Shown here: positions 26,631-39,300 of the stretch, piece by piece
Position numbering within the stretch: the first letter of the stretch is position 1
How the letters are laid out: every line of letters begins with the position of its first letter
Source: Balanoglossus misakiensis
Lineage: Eukaryota > Animalia > Hemichordata
Reading direction: 5' to 3'
DNA: 64,000 nucleotides
Assembly (NCBI GenBank): GCA_040954595.2
Contig: CM082578.2
Coordinates: 17,615,912 to 17,679,911 of the forward strand
Made by a program: the position numbers and the translations under genes
The notes under the pieces: generated by a model
What the model was told of the DNA's origin: nothing
Seen by the model: only the letters and a program-made list of their open reading frames with translations
Databases searched by the model: none

Positions 26631-28274
26631 ACCTATGGGTGGGAAACGTTTTTTTCCGTGACATATATGGCTTTGATTTGCTACAGGAGAACCCTGAACA
26701 TTTCCTACTTCAACGCAGAAACTATTTACCTCAAATGAGAGCCGATGTTTTAGGCCAAATAGGCCTACTGGTGTCAAACATCGACATTTTCTGCAAATGG
26801 TGGGTCAGTGGCGTGCAAATGTCCATATTTGGTGGGGTTGAGGGGTCAAGAGACACGCTAGATCTTGAGATGGTGGTAGAACTTAACCACCATCAAAACC
26901 AGTAAGCGCTGAAACATATATTTACAGTTTACACCAGAGCCCTTAATAGTTCCAATTCACCGCCTCACGACAGACACTACCTGTAATGTTAAATTTAACA
27001 CTGTTGGGGGTCACTCACAAAACAAATGGGTCAAGCACGCGGAAGTGTCACTGAAAGAAGGACAACTTTTGGCACGAGAAATATTATACCGTGGCAAAAT
27101 ACAGTGGGTGTAGATGATTGCGAGCGTAGATAAGAAGGTTGATTTATTATTTTTTATTTACAATGGCTATTTGTACTTAGGTACAGAATATGTAGTTTAA
27201 GGGCTAGTCAGCATAAAATTAACCAAAGTCCGAATTCCTCCTACTGGTAACAGGCACAATGGCAGATGAGATCACGTGATGTGCAAACCCACATAAATAC
27301 TTTGAAATCGCTCATGAAAATGGTTCTTAAATCTCCATTGGCTATTTTCAATTTGTTAGTATTTTTGTTCGTTTAAACAAATACGATTTCTTAATCCCTA
27401 TAGCATGATGAAATGTCGAGTATTTGACCTAACTACGGTTCCTCCAAGGTGAAGGGACTGTGGCCTATAGCAGAAAAACAAGAAACTACAGTTAACACAC
27501 AGCTCAATGTCAATGTAAAGCGGTGTTATACACAGAAAGATAACACTCTGTTTCAGTCGGACAAAGTAATAAAACCTTCTGAGACATACCACTGATTTTG
27601 ATAAAAAGCAGAAGAATCTTTAATGGCTGAGTGATAGCACACGTCACTCATTACCAATGAGTAAATAACAGTGTCCTGATTATATTTTTTTCGAAGTTGA
27701 CTTGGCAGATGCATGTAACGTTAGGAATAATGTTCTTGGATATCAATGTCCCTGAAATATCAACACCCTGTATTCTGGTCTGATTAAATTTGGACAGTTG
27801 TGTCTAGATCCTGTTTCTTCTACACCACTTGCATATTAGTGAAGTTCTTGGACGCAAAAAGCACCATGTAATTTCTCCATTAACATCGTGATGGACAGCC
27901 AGCGTGTCCTTCTGTTTGTCCAGGAAATGGTCCTGGGTATTGGCAAAGGTTAAGTGACGTGAACCCGATCACGTGTGCGTGTACTGATGAAATGCACGGC
28001 TGCGCATTTCTCTGGCAATGTCAAATGGAAAATACAAGCAGTCTCTATCGCTGTAATTCGTAAGCTGAAAATGTTTGTAAAAATAGCAACTGTATTCGTG
28101 TTGGGTCCGTTTATTGCGCGCGTATTGTAAAAAAAAACCCAAAACGCTCAGTCGACATTTGTGCGTCGTCCAATATGTTGTAAATTTTACAGAGTACGGG
28201 GACCCGTGACAAAACAAGATCCTGTTATCGCGTGAGCTCATGTCCTGGCACCGTCTGTACAAACGGCATTTCTG

Positions 28275-31200
28275 TCAGAGATACGTGTCTTGTTCGTCGT
28301 CAGACGCACACTGATCAAAAACTCCGCTGTCTCTTTCTCGTTTGCCTGCATGTGGGACATTGTCCATTTTTTCTTCCAAGCAGTGGTTGACATGAATGAA
28401 TACGCCCGCTTCCCGGACATTCCCGGGAGAGGGTTCTTCGTCTGTGGAAAGAAACAATCAGATAAACCGTGAGAACACAAATAATGACTAAAGAATTTAA
28501 TAGGGAAAATAGACTAACATGGAACCCAAATATTGTTCACGTGAATGCGTTTCGTTTGAAAATCTGTGATTGGATATATACGATTTCCCCATGGAAACAG
28601 TAGTTAAATTTGCTTTAATGACCGTATACATAATTAATGGTCAGCCACAAACATAGATGTGAAAATGTACATTTTGAACAATTTGTTTTAGGCGTTTATT
28701 TTCCCAAGTACTTTTGGCTTTTGAGACAATTTCCAGTATTGTTTTGTTCATATTGTATGTGTGTATTCTGGCGCCTGGTTTCGAATGTCTTTTTGGTTTT
28801 CATACCCAAATACAACTCACTTAAATTTGGAATCCGAATAACGCAAATTGTAATACCCGCATTGTCTAAATAAAACGACTTAACCACTTATTTAATAAAA
28901 GTGATATTTATTACTTCATGATGAAACGTTTCATCATCAAGAAAACCACAGAAGCTGACGCACTCCACGATCAAAATCAACATAAACGGGACAATTATAT
29001 TCTATTGGCCACTTCAACTAGGGAAAACCTTGAAACGATTTATCAAGTTCAGATGATCCAATACTAATACAAGTTATCATCACCTTTGATGTCATGGCCG
29101 ATCTGTTGTGTTGTGAGTGAAGGGTCCTCCTCAACACTTTCTGTAACTTGCTTCGGTTTTCTATTCGGCTTCGCCCAAGCACTCACCGCGTTGGCCCGTG
29201 GGCGAGACCGCACGCGCATAGAGTTGGACCGGATCACGCTGAGTCTTTTACCGTACACAGAGGTTGGGCGACTCGTAGTCCTGGTCTCGACGACCCCCTT
29301 GTCTGTACACTGTGAGCTGTGAAGCGAAGTTGGTCCGACTTTCTCGGCTTCCGCGCTGTTTCCTCCGAGTCGTGCGCCGTTTCCTCGGCAGGTTCCCTTG
29401 TCACCGATGATGTCGCCGCGATTGTCGGCAACTACAATCGATTGTCGAACGATGCTCCGCCTGTGAACCGCTGTACCCCCGGATTTAGACACTCGGCTGA
29501 CCAGTTGACACTTGCCTATAACCATAAAAAATACAGCGGATTGCTACCAAGGGTGTTGAGTGACACGTGGATCGCAATTAACCTGTATTGACAGCACCTA
29601 TGCAAGATGCTAAAGAAAGTCGATACATGTATTTATTTGTGTATTCATGAAAATAAATAGATTTATCATATGAATCCAATCACATGAATCATAATCCGAA
29701 TCCGAAATTAACTGTTTGCTCCCACACCACCATCCATCCATCCATCCGTCCATCCATTCATGTCATCCATCCATCCATCCATCCACCCACCAATCCTACC
29801 ATTCTGTTCGTCACGGGCCACACGTTACGTACACATTTGTCAGCCTACCAAACGGTGAATTCTTGGCGAAGCCACCAGTCCGATATTAATGGCAACCCAC
29901 CCGCAGTCAATCAAGTACTTCAAGGATTAGCGACAACTTACTGTGCCCGACGGTGACATGTGTCCACTTGGCGGGGCTGAGTATATTTTGCTTTTCACCC
30001 TCGTACATCACCGACACTGAAATACGGTATTCACCCCGGGACAGGCATCCTCGTTCCCAGCTCTTAATAGAAGGGGACTTCATCACATCGCAGATAGGTG
30101 GCGAGGTATTCTTTCCCCCGATGCGGAGACACGTCACGTGGTACCCGGTGTGATTTGATATCGTTTCCGGCAGAGACCACCGTATGCGCACAGAATTCGA
30201 CGTCACGTTCAACACTTCAAGAGACTCGACTGGTTGGAATCCTGTAATTTTGATATTTGAAAGATTTACTTCGCTATAAGTTGTGGACAGATGTTTCATC
30301 GTTGTTTGAGAAAACTCCCAGAATGCACATGGATATTGCCCCTAATCAGCCCCCTGTAACAGGCGATCTTCATATACCATAACTTGGATCTGTTTACAAA
30401 AATATATATATATAACACAACTATTTGTTAAACACCACAAAAAATTAATGTATCCCCGAAAACGTAAAAGCAATTAGAAGACTCATTTTCAATTTAGTTT
30501 CTTGGCCGCCGAAAGGGTAATATCTTTAGAAACGTATGTTATATCGGTGGTGGCAAAATATGGGGTTTGTTTTAATCTCCCTCGCTTCCTGAAATTCTAC
30601 CCGCAATAAGTTGGTAAAATTGGGGTTAACGTACAGTGTACCAGGAAGTGCGTTAGAATGTTGTAACATGTGTCTATGAGGTGGGTTCTATAACAGGTGA
30701 GAGACTATGTTGTACAAGGAACCTGATCTGTTTATTAAGAAGGCGCATGCCTACCGGGAAATGACACTGGAACAAAGAGAGACTCCTCGCTGAGCTTTGA
30801 ATTCAACTTCGGTTTCTGAGCATCATCAGACTTGTCTGTCGCGGATACATGTTTTTCGCCATCGTCAGGGTCATGGTCATCCTCTGAACTCGGAGACTCG
30901 TTATCGTCTTCGTCGAATTCTTTGCATAATTTGCTGTATTCTTCTTGTGAGACGGTCACTTTTACACGAACGTCTCTCCCCTTGGCAATTCTCTTCACAT
31001 CTTCGTTAATCAGGAGTTTTTGGAGGATCTCTTCCAATTCGCCTGTTTGACTGTCTTTATACAACCGCTGCAAACCCGGTTTGTTCTTGACTTTCAAAAA
31101 CAAGAGTATGCAGCCGATTTTGAGATCGCTGATGTCGACCGAGTACTTTTTGTCCAGCGTAGCGTCGTGAGTTAAGCGTAGCCGACCTTTAACTATGTAC

Positions 31201-34200
31201 TCTTCGATATCTTTCACTGTGGATTCGCCGTCGCTTGAATCTTCGCCCGAATCTGAATCCAATTGAACTATCTCTACCACCACCCTCAGGGTTTTCGGCT
31301 TGCCACCTGGAAATGAAGAGAAAAGTGTCAAGCGATAATATACAATGATAATAGTCAAACAGAGATATACACAGACAGATTTTAAAACAAGAAACCCTAT
31401 AAACTGGCATCACTACATGCCTGACCTCTACACATGGACGAGTGTGAGTAACCAAACCATTATACCATATGAAATTTACCTGTTGTCTTCGCGTACCGTA
31501 CCGCTACCGTTTTTTGACTTCCTGAAAAAATAAGAAAAAATACCTGCATCATTTCCATTCATCATCCCTAAAGCAGTTTATCATAAAATAATTTACAATG
31601 TGGTCCACATAATCTCCAGCTTTTTGTTCCTGCATTGAGTTTAGAACTACATGATTATAGTTTTTTGCGTCGAATTCAGTACAAAGCGTACTACTAGTAT
31701 ATTCGAATAACATCCTAATGAGTGTGCATTGAACCTACCTGCCTGGTGATCAGGTGTGATCGACTTTTCGGCAGATTCCAATAGTTCAAACAGATGCGGA
31801 TAAGGATCCCTAAGAGATTCTTTAAATTTCTCATAGACAGCATCGGTTGGCGGGAGTTCACTCAAAAGGCGGCGGGCTTTACCGCGCATGGTCGGCTCGG
31901 CCATGATGACGTCATACGCCGAACGACTAATGGCGTCTTCTTGCAAGAGGTGGTCTAACACGTACTTCACTTGTAAATCCTGAACAATTTTAGTCAAATT
32001 CTGTCTCACGGGACCAACATAGTCTTTAGTTGCTAGTTGTCTGTAATGTTCCAACAAATCGGCATTTTCCAGATCCAATCTTCCCCCATCCGCTGTGAGC
32101 ACATTTGTTAACTTGTTCACTTTGTTGAAGAAAACCTTCTCTTCCAAGATGCCATCATAATACTTCTTCTTAATGACTCCTTTTTCATACAGCGCGTCCA
32201 AATAACCATCAAAGTCCGCTGAAATAAGGAAAGGAATTATGTGAAAATTCTTTACTGTGTTGTCCCTAAAAGTGCCCTTAACAGCTTACTCACTGAGGCT
32301 ATGAGCACAACACCACACACCATATCACACACGTGTAGATATTTTGATCACCTCTAAGCTACCGTGCACTATCTGTACAAACCTGGACAAAGGGCCCCGT
32401 GGGTTTCCGTCCATTCTGGCTCCCCACTCTCCGTAAAACAGGCAGAATCATGCTCAACGACATTGGTGCTTTTGCCCTTCCGCGGGAATTTTTTGCTGAT
32501 TCTTTTCCGGTCATGCGCACTGGAGCGTCGTCTGCTCGTGTAGCGACGTGTGACGGTGCTGAACCCACCAAAAGAAATCGCTTTCCGAGTTTTAACACCT
32601 TCGCCCAAGACGTCGATACCCGAGTCTCTGTGTGAATATTGCCAGTCTGTCTCGTTCTCCAGGCCGCTGTTCTTATCTGTTGGTCAAAAGAGTTGATTTT
32701 ATTATCATATTGGTTAACATACTCAGTCATACCGCCAGTCTCAGATAATCACTGTGACATTTTGGATACCAATGACAACAGTAATGTAAACTCATACACA
32801 GAAATCACAAACGTTGTAATTCAAACATGCACATATACGCAGATTCACAAATAAAACTCGATGCAGCTTAACTAAATTCGGCCCATAAGACTAAAAATTG
32901 TAATGTTGGTCTACGGTTTACCTTTAGTGGGACCATTTGTACCTCCACCGGTCGTGACACTGGCCGCTTGACAACCTGTAGCCCCCTCCACAATCCCAGA
33001 GTCGCGGTCTTTGTTTGGACATTTCATTTCAAGGCTTGGTTCTGGTTCTGTTGAGGAATCGGTTTTCAAAGGGGAGCCCGTTTAGTATTTCTCATCGAGA
33101 TCGCTGTTTTCTTATATGCAAATTCCTTCTACCGTGGTGTTTAAGTATATTGCGGTATTTGCATTTCCTACCTGACTTGGAAAGTCCCTGTGAGTCAGTG
33201 TCCAAGACTACAAAGGCTTCCACAATAATTCAGACATCGGCTCAACTTCCGCAAAGTCGGTCAACTGTGACTACCCTTGCCACAGTAGCCATGTTTTGAC
33301 CACGAAGGAGGAACTTAAAAGTTTCAACTCACTACGATCAGCAACTTTAACAATAATTTGGGACTCAAGAAATGTTTAAAAAAATAATACTAGTATTTGC
33401 CGTCAGTTTTTAAAACCCAAAATAATTCTACTATCATGATGACAGACTTGAAGTTAAATTGTAAGCTCACAAGACGAAAAGAGAGGCTCGTGATATGGTG
33501 TGTCGTGTCCCCCATAAAAATAGTTTGTTTATCAGCCACTATAAGCCATAGGTGACTGCTCTTTCTGAATTATTGGTCACGTGATAATGACGTCACTCTT
33601 TACAGTTGCTTCTTTCCTCCTGAGAAGGAAATGTTTAGATTCATTCACACACCATCATTTGACGTCAAGTGTGACGAGCACTTTCCTCGTGATCTATATT
33701 GAACCTGTCAGAACAGTGCTTGGCTCTTTACACACTTTGGGACACTTACTGTCTCTTTGCAAACATTAATACACTCACGCAGTACACACAGATTGCATAA
33801 TTTCGAGCGTGGTTTCACTGCCCTGGTAAGTTAGCAGTTTTTTTCATACGCTACTGCACGTAATCATTTAACGCTGGGAAAGTGACTATCACCGAGTACA
33901 ACAAGCATTGTGTCTATGTCATACAGAACTAAAATGGGTAGAAGACAATTGCGACATTTTGTCCACAAACGACAAGATATTGAAAGAGGAAGTAAAGCGT
34001 TGACCGGTGGACTATTGACGACAGCGCAATTGTCTTCCTACAATGCCATTTTACATCACAGAAGAATAGCCGTCTTTGCAGTCGCATATGCCATGACGTT
34101 GCACCATTTTACTGTGATCAGCTGAATTCTTTGACGGCGTTTGTCGATGAGTAATCGACTACTACTTCCCCATTTTAGCATCGTCCAGATAACACCGCTT

Positions 34201-34817
34201 TATTGTTGTGTTCATGTTGACTTTTCGGAATATACGATGTCAAATTTATAACTGTTATAATATCGCGCCCTTTAGTTATTGTTTAACAACGGCATATGAC
34301 GCCACGTTAAAAAGTTTCTTGGCAACGAAAGACAATTGCACGACGAAGTGGCACTGCCGGTAGCTGAAGCGGGTATTATGGTATATTTTGGTCTTCGGAA
34401 ATTGTGCTTCCATCTCAACGGGGCATTATTAAGCCTGTCACCAACACGATTCCCAACACATATAAGGCTTAGCCTGCACGGCTGGCTATTGCAAATTCAA
34501 CTGTAGTGGCTCCAAACAGGTTATCACTTATACGGTAAATAAATCATATGCTACATCTCGTGGTACACTCGCCCTTGGCTGTTGGTTACCGTTTAATTTT
34601 GCTTCTGTGCGATATACGTCTCACCGGCACAGAAAGACAGCATAATTATTGATAGGGGCCCCGGACCAGACCCTCTGCAACTCAGATCCCATCCGAGGTA
34701 AAGAGAAGTTTTTTTCCAAAGAAAGCTGGTCTCAAAACTGTTACCTGTTGGTGCAAATCACGGCAACTTACCTTCAGACCGGTCTGTATTGCTGTCGGCA
34801 CCAACGATGTCTGTCAT
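28275..34817 (-). CDS. Cytoplasmic DSG-motif + tandem CARD-like + TRADD-N-like + FnIII protein, gene Z (no SEFIR seen)
   Basis: Exons 34817-34772 ([15 protein letters not shown]), ~33207-33172, 33047-32922, 32676-32383, 32218-31739 (CARD-like x2: [54 protein letters not shown]), 31521-31480, 31306-30755, 30241-29942 (FnIII), 29515-29084 (or read-through to a stop at 29064) and 28441-28275. All introns are phase 1. The 5' exons are less certain. Confidence 0.75.
29729..29792. repeat. (CCAT)n microsatellite
   Basis: catccatccatccatccgtccatcc... in an intron of gene Z. Confidence 0.9.
30755..31306 (-). CDS. Exon of gene Z encoding a TRADD-N-like domain
   Basis: [55 protein letters not shown] fits the G-S/C-I-x-L..L..L..D..G-x-L..L..LI..V.EEY pattern of TRADD-like N-terminal domains found in invertebrate death-fold proteins. 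Recognised by eye. Confidence 0.65.
33179..33188 (-). promoter_or_regulatory. Canonical NF-kappaB site GGGACTTTCC in the 5' part of gene Z
   Basis: + strand GGAAAGTCCC is an exact match to the classical kappaB decamer. It overlaps a predicted small exon. Confidence 0.35.
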
Positions 34818-36353
34818 ATTCAGTAAGTGAATACTGACGTCCTAAATTGTAAAATATTTCCCTGTTGGAGCAGGGACTTCACATCAGATCTCGAGACCAG
34901 GTACTTGTGGCTCGGCGGGAAAACATATAACTACTAACTAGGAGTGTCATCTGCGTCTGCGTCTAGTCTGTGCAGGGGATTGCCCATGTGTGTACCTGTG
35001 CACAGGTACTTCCGTGTACTCTATATTTAGATGGGAATTGCTTCCTGGTACCAATTTGGGGGGAAAAAATCGGTAACAACATACTAGTAAATTCTCGTGC
35101 TCGTGAGTAGCAGTGTCTATGGTTACAATAAACAACCACAAACAACACATTGAACATCAGTACGTGTGGTTTGGTGTTAACGCACAACAATACGTCTTGT
35201 TCACCAATATTTAAAGAGGCAATATATTTTATCCACAGTTACTATGTTTGTTTTTATCTCAGAAGATGCAGATAATGTGTATACTGCATTGTCATAACAA
35301 AAAATAAACAACAACAACAACCCCATAACGTTTTATCGCTTCCAACAAAGTTTAAACGGGGATCGAGAAAAAACAGCATGTCTAGATTGAACGGATATTA
35401 TTTTTGACAGTACAAATGAGTTGTGGTACGATTGTTTCTGTTGTTGTTTTCATTGACTGATGTGTATGGTTTTGTCAGCCTGACCAGGTGGACTTTTATT
35501 ACTGGTTGTCGTTTGCGTGACCAGGTGTTGATGAATAATTTATCCGTGCACGTGTACAGTGTAAAAGGCCTCGAGGCGTCCACGTCACTTTGTCTTCTAC
35601 GGAAGAACTTGAAAGTCCCCGTGTGCGCCATGCAGGCAAGTGCGGAAAGGAGGACGATTAATAGGCCCCTACAGCGCCAAAGTTTTGGATATGTCAACGC
35701 TACAAACCTGAGGAACCACAGCGGCGTGTGTGTGCGGTCATCCGTCTTCGTGTGCGAACGGCTGTCCGTGAACTCTTGGGTGGAACTTCGAATTCACAAG
35801 TTACTTGCCCCGATGACTGTTGCTGACTCTGTGTCGCATGCGGTGTGCAGGTCATTGTTTACAACCAAGGAGCATTCCGAGGCTGACGGGTTGGTTTGAC
35901 TGTTTTACACCGCCAGCTTTATCAGTTGTAAGACCTAGTCAAGTTTGGTCCGTAGAAATGTGAGTAATATTTATTTTTCTCTTTTACTTTCACAGACTAA
36001 TTCGTTCATCAATCTAAAAATGCAATGAACCTTATTCCCTCTGAATGTTTTAATATCTGCAAGACAGACACACACTACGCAGCTAGAGACGCGGCTCCAT
36101 GACATCAGACTAGCCAGGGTGAAAAAAAATAAGAATTTTATTAGTAAATTAGTAAACATAAAGATAAAATCATTCCAGACTGCTTAATTTGAAATTGTTA
36201 ATGTGTTGTTATCCCTGATTAAAATAATGTGATGTCAATAAAAATATATTGTTCTCTTTAAAAAGAAATAGGGCCTAAATGCCAATATTGTCAGTTTACC
36301 GATTCTACCCCAATAATAATCAAATTTAGGAATTAGGAATGAATTCCAGGAAG

Positions 36354-39300
36354 TCACGTGTTCAAACCACTATTTTGAGTATTGCAAATCGTGGACTGTT
36401 CTAAATTCAGCTTCATTGCGAAGTTACTGGAGACTGTTGATGCAATGCTGCGATTGTCCGAGTCCCCGTGATATGCAAAGTCTGCATTATTTGGGGCGCC
36501 CTCAACAGGACATGTGACATCACAAGTATCTGTTGGTTCAATGCGGACCGAGTGTTCGTGCGCATCACCGGCTTGTTGGAGATGCATTGCGTTCAGACTT
36601 TCTGGAAACTGAACGAATGTCGGTGGGTCATCAGAGAGTTGTGGCGACGAACATTCTGAAAAGTATCCCGTGTCGGGTTGACTTGGCGGGACGTGGTATT
36701 CAACGGGTGTGGCAACTCCGTTACACCGATGTGGTTTTTCTGCGTACTGCATCTCGTGAGAATCACCGGGACCTCGACACTGTGGCCGACTCGGCGTGTT
36801 TTCATCCACCCCAAACGAGTCGGTCAACAGTGCAGTACCTGCACTATGGTTTCTATCTGCTGTGAGATTATTATTTAAGATCGTGTGTCCAATTATTCCG
36901 TTTTGCGCGGCTTCAAGTCGTACATCAAGGTCGTCGCACCTGGGATTATCAAACCAGTCAGGGCAGTTACCCACGTGAGTTTTCACTTTTCCGATGGTGG
37001 CCAGCAAACCCTTTCCCTCGGAGGTGTTGTTAAGAAGATTCTTGAATCCCTCCACCTTGCGATGACCTCCGGCTGACCCCAGAGAAAGATTTCGGAGATA
37101 AATGTACAACTCTTCAAGATCTTTCGGCACTTTAAATGACTTACTTGAGATGTATTTTGCTACATCCGGGATATACTTGGCTTCGGAATACCCCGGTATA
37201 TTGAAGTGAACGTTGATGTACTTCTTGAGACGCTCGGAGTTGGAACTGAGGTCGGCTCGCATGACGCTCAACGCCACCGAAAACAGGTAATTGTCTGCCT
37301 GGTCTGAGTTGAGTCTGTGCGTCTCTTCGTCTGGTGATGTGGATGAATTCTCGCTCTGCGTTCCCCTGGAAGCGATGACGACAATTTTGTCCGCTCGATT
37401 CATTTGATCTATGACCCAGTCTGTCACGCTTACTGCAACTCTGCTCGATTCCCAGTAGTCGAAGACGACCTTGCAGCAAAGCACAATTTCCAGGAATACA
37501 GCGAAACTCTGCACCAGATCCATGTGCAGATCAGAATCCTTGGTGTACAGCAGGAGAACAGATGGGTTTGCTATTCCTGGACAATAAAATTAAACCAGAA
37601 AAAAAGGTTGATATCAAAAACATTAGTTCCAATGCAACACCAATCACGATATAGACTGGCGTTTCTCGATCCAAATACATGCATTTGGGGTTTATTTCCT
37701 TCAGCCTGTTGTAGTCTTTAATGTTGGCACAACCATAGACAGTTGCTAAATCATCTGTCAATGAATTGTAAAGTCATAATTGCAACCAAGGAATAATTCC
37801 ACTGACCTTCGATGTCATGTCTCTGTTGATCATTCAACCTAGAATCCGGTACTGCGATTGGTAGCGCTAAAAGTTGGAAGGAGAGAAAATACCCAGATTT
37901 TTAGATCTAACTATAGAATGAACAAATTGTTCAACAACCGTGATGATATGAGAGAGCTATAGAGCGGTAATTGTTAATTTTTAATGAGAAATTATCATCG
38001 CATAGACTAAAATTAAGACTTTGTAAGCTAGAACCTTGAAAATGTTTGACTTTGTAGGCTGTATAACGTAAGAACCACGATTTTTCGGAAAGAACCACGG
38101 CTATGCATGAAACTGCCTATCTAAGAACATGTACGTTACCAATTATAAAAGAAAATGAATCAGATCAATAACGGTTACACAGTAAGGTGCATGTCTGTGA
38201 GGAAAATGGCAAATAAATACTCGTATTTCTTTTTTTCAAACGGTTCAGCATTTCAACATAACTTAATTGAACCAACAATGTACAAACAAAGCGCTTTAAC
38301 ACGGGCCCGTTATTTCGACAGTTGGTATAATGTATACTTACGTTTTTGGCGAAACTTCCAATAACACACCGCTGCGACAAGTATAAGGCAAAGCGCACCA
38401 AACACGCCAGTAGGAGCGGCTATAATCTTTCCCGGATCTGTACCGGGACCTGTGTCGGAAGAGATCAAGTACAGAAAATAAAATGTTGTCCAGTAAAATC
38501 GCACCTGAACGATGGTAATTTTAAAGCTAGTCGATATGAGACAAGAAATCGGTTCAAATCGCTCAAAGTTTATTTTTTCAGCTATCCACACTGACGTCTC
38601 CAAGTCAGAAATAAACACCATCGTAGTCTTTTCCTACTTATTGAATATTTGCGCGATTAATTTAAGCAAAAAGGGGGGAATTTGACTCACCACCACCTAA
38701 CAGGATACAGATTCCATCACGGTAGGCGTGACCAGTGGAACAACTGCAGTAATACGCATGCTCGGTTCGAACGCAGTCTCCCATCACACACGGATCATGC
38801 AAACAGTGGTCCTCTGCAATGAAAGAAAATAAAATAGTTTAGGTGAGTTTTTAGAGTGTGCTTAATAGCCGAAGTTGAGCAGGAAACGTTAGAATCGTAA
38901 CAAGCAGGTTGGGTGAAAACAGGTATACATGTACATGTACATTGTTGTCCCGCCACAAGATGGCAAAAGATGGTCATGCGGTAGTAAGAGAAGGAATGAC
39001 TGAAGCTATTTTAGCGCCTAAATACACTTCAATATGGACATAAAGCTTCCGTTGGGGTATATAGTGAAACTGTATATAATGATCAAGTTGCTTGCCTTTG
39101 CATGTGTAATCTTCGAAATAGTACCCGTATGTACAGTTGCACGTGTAGTGCGTGGCATTTACCGACGCACAGGTGTGGTTAGCACCGCATGGCTCAGATA
39201 GGCATACGTCTCTGTCTGCAATCAAAGGGAAATGTACTGCTTGAGCTAATGGGGTCAATATCAATAACCCTCATACCAGGTCACTTTGTAGAAAACACAC

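Noticed and set aside
32359-32730. 123-aa ORF MTEYVNQ... as part of gene Z
   Set aside because: Splice phases and the RDSGID motif support the overlapping frame (exon 32676-32383) instead.
35398-35899. Overlapping 158-aa (+) and 99-aa (-) ORFs between genes Z and C
   Set aside because: No recognisable domain, non-ATG starts and no convincing splice context. Possibly a decayed repeat.
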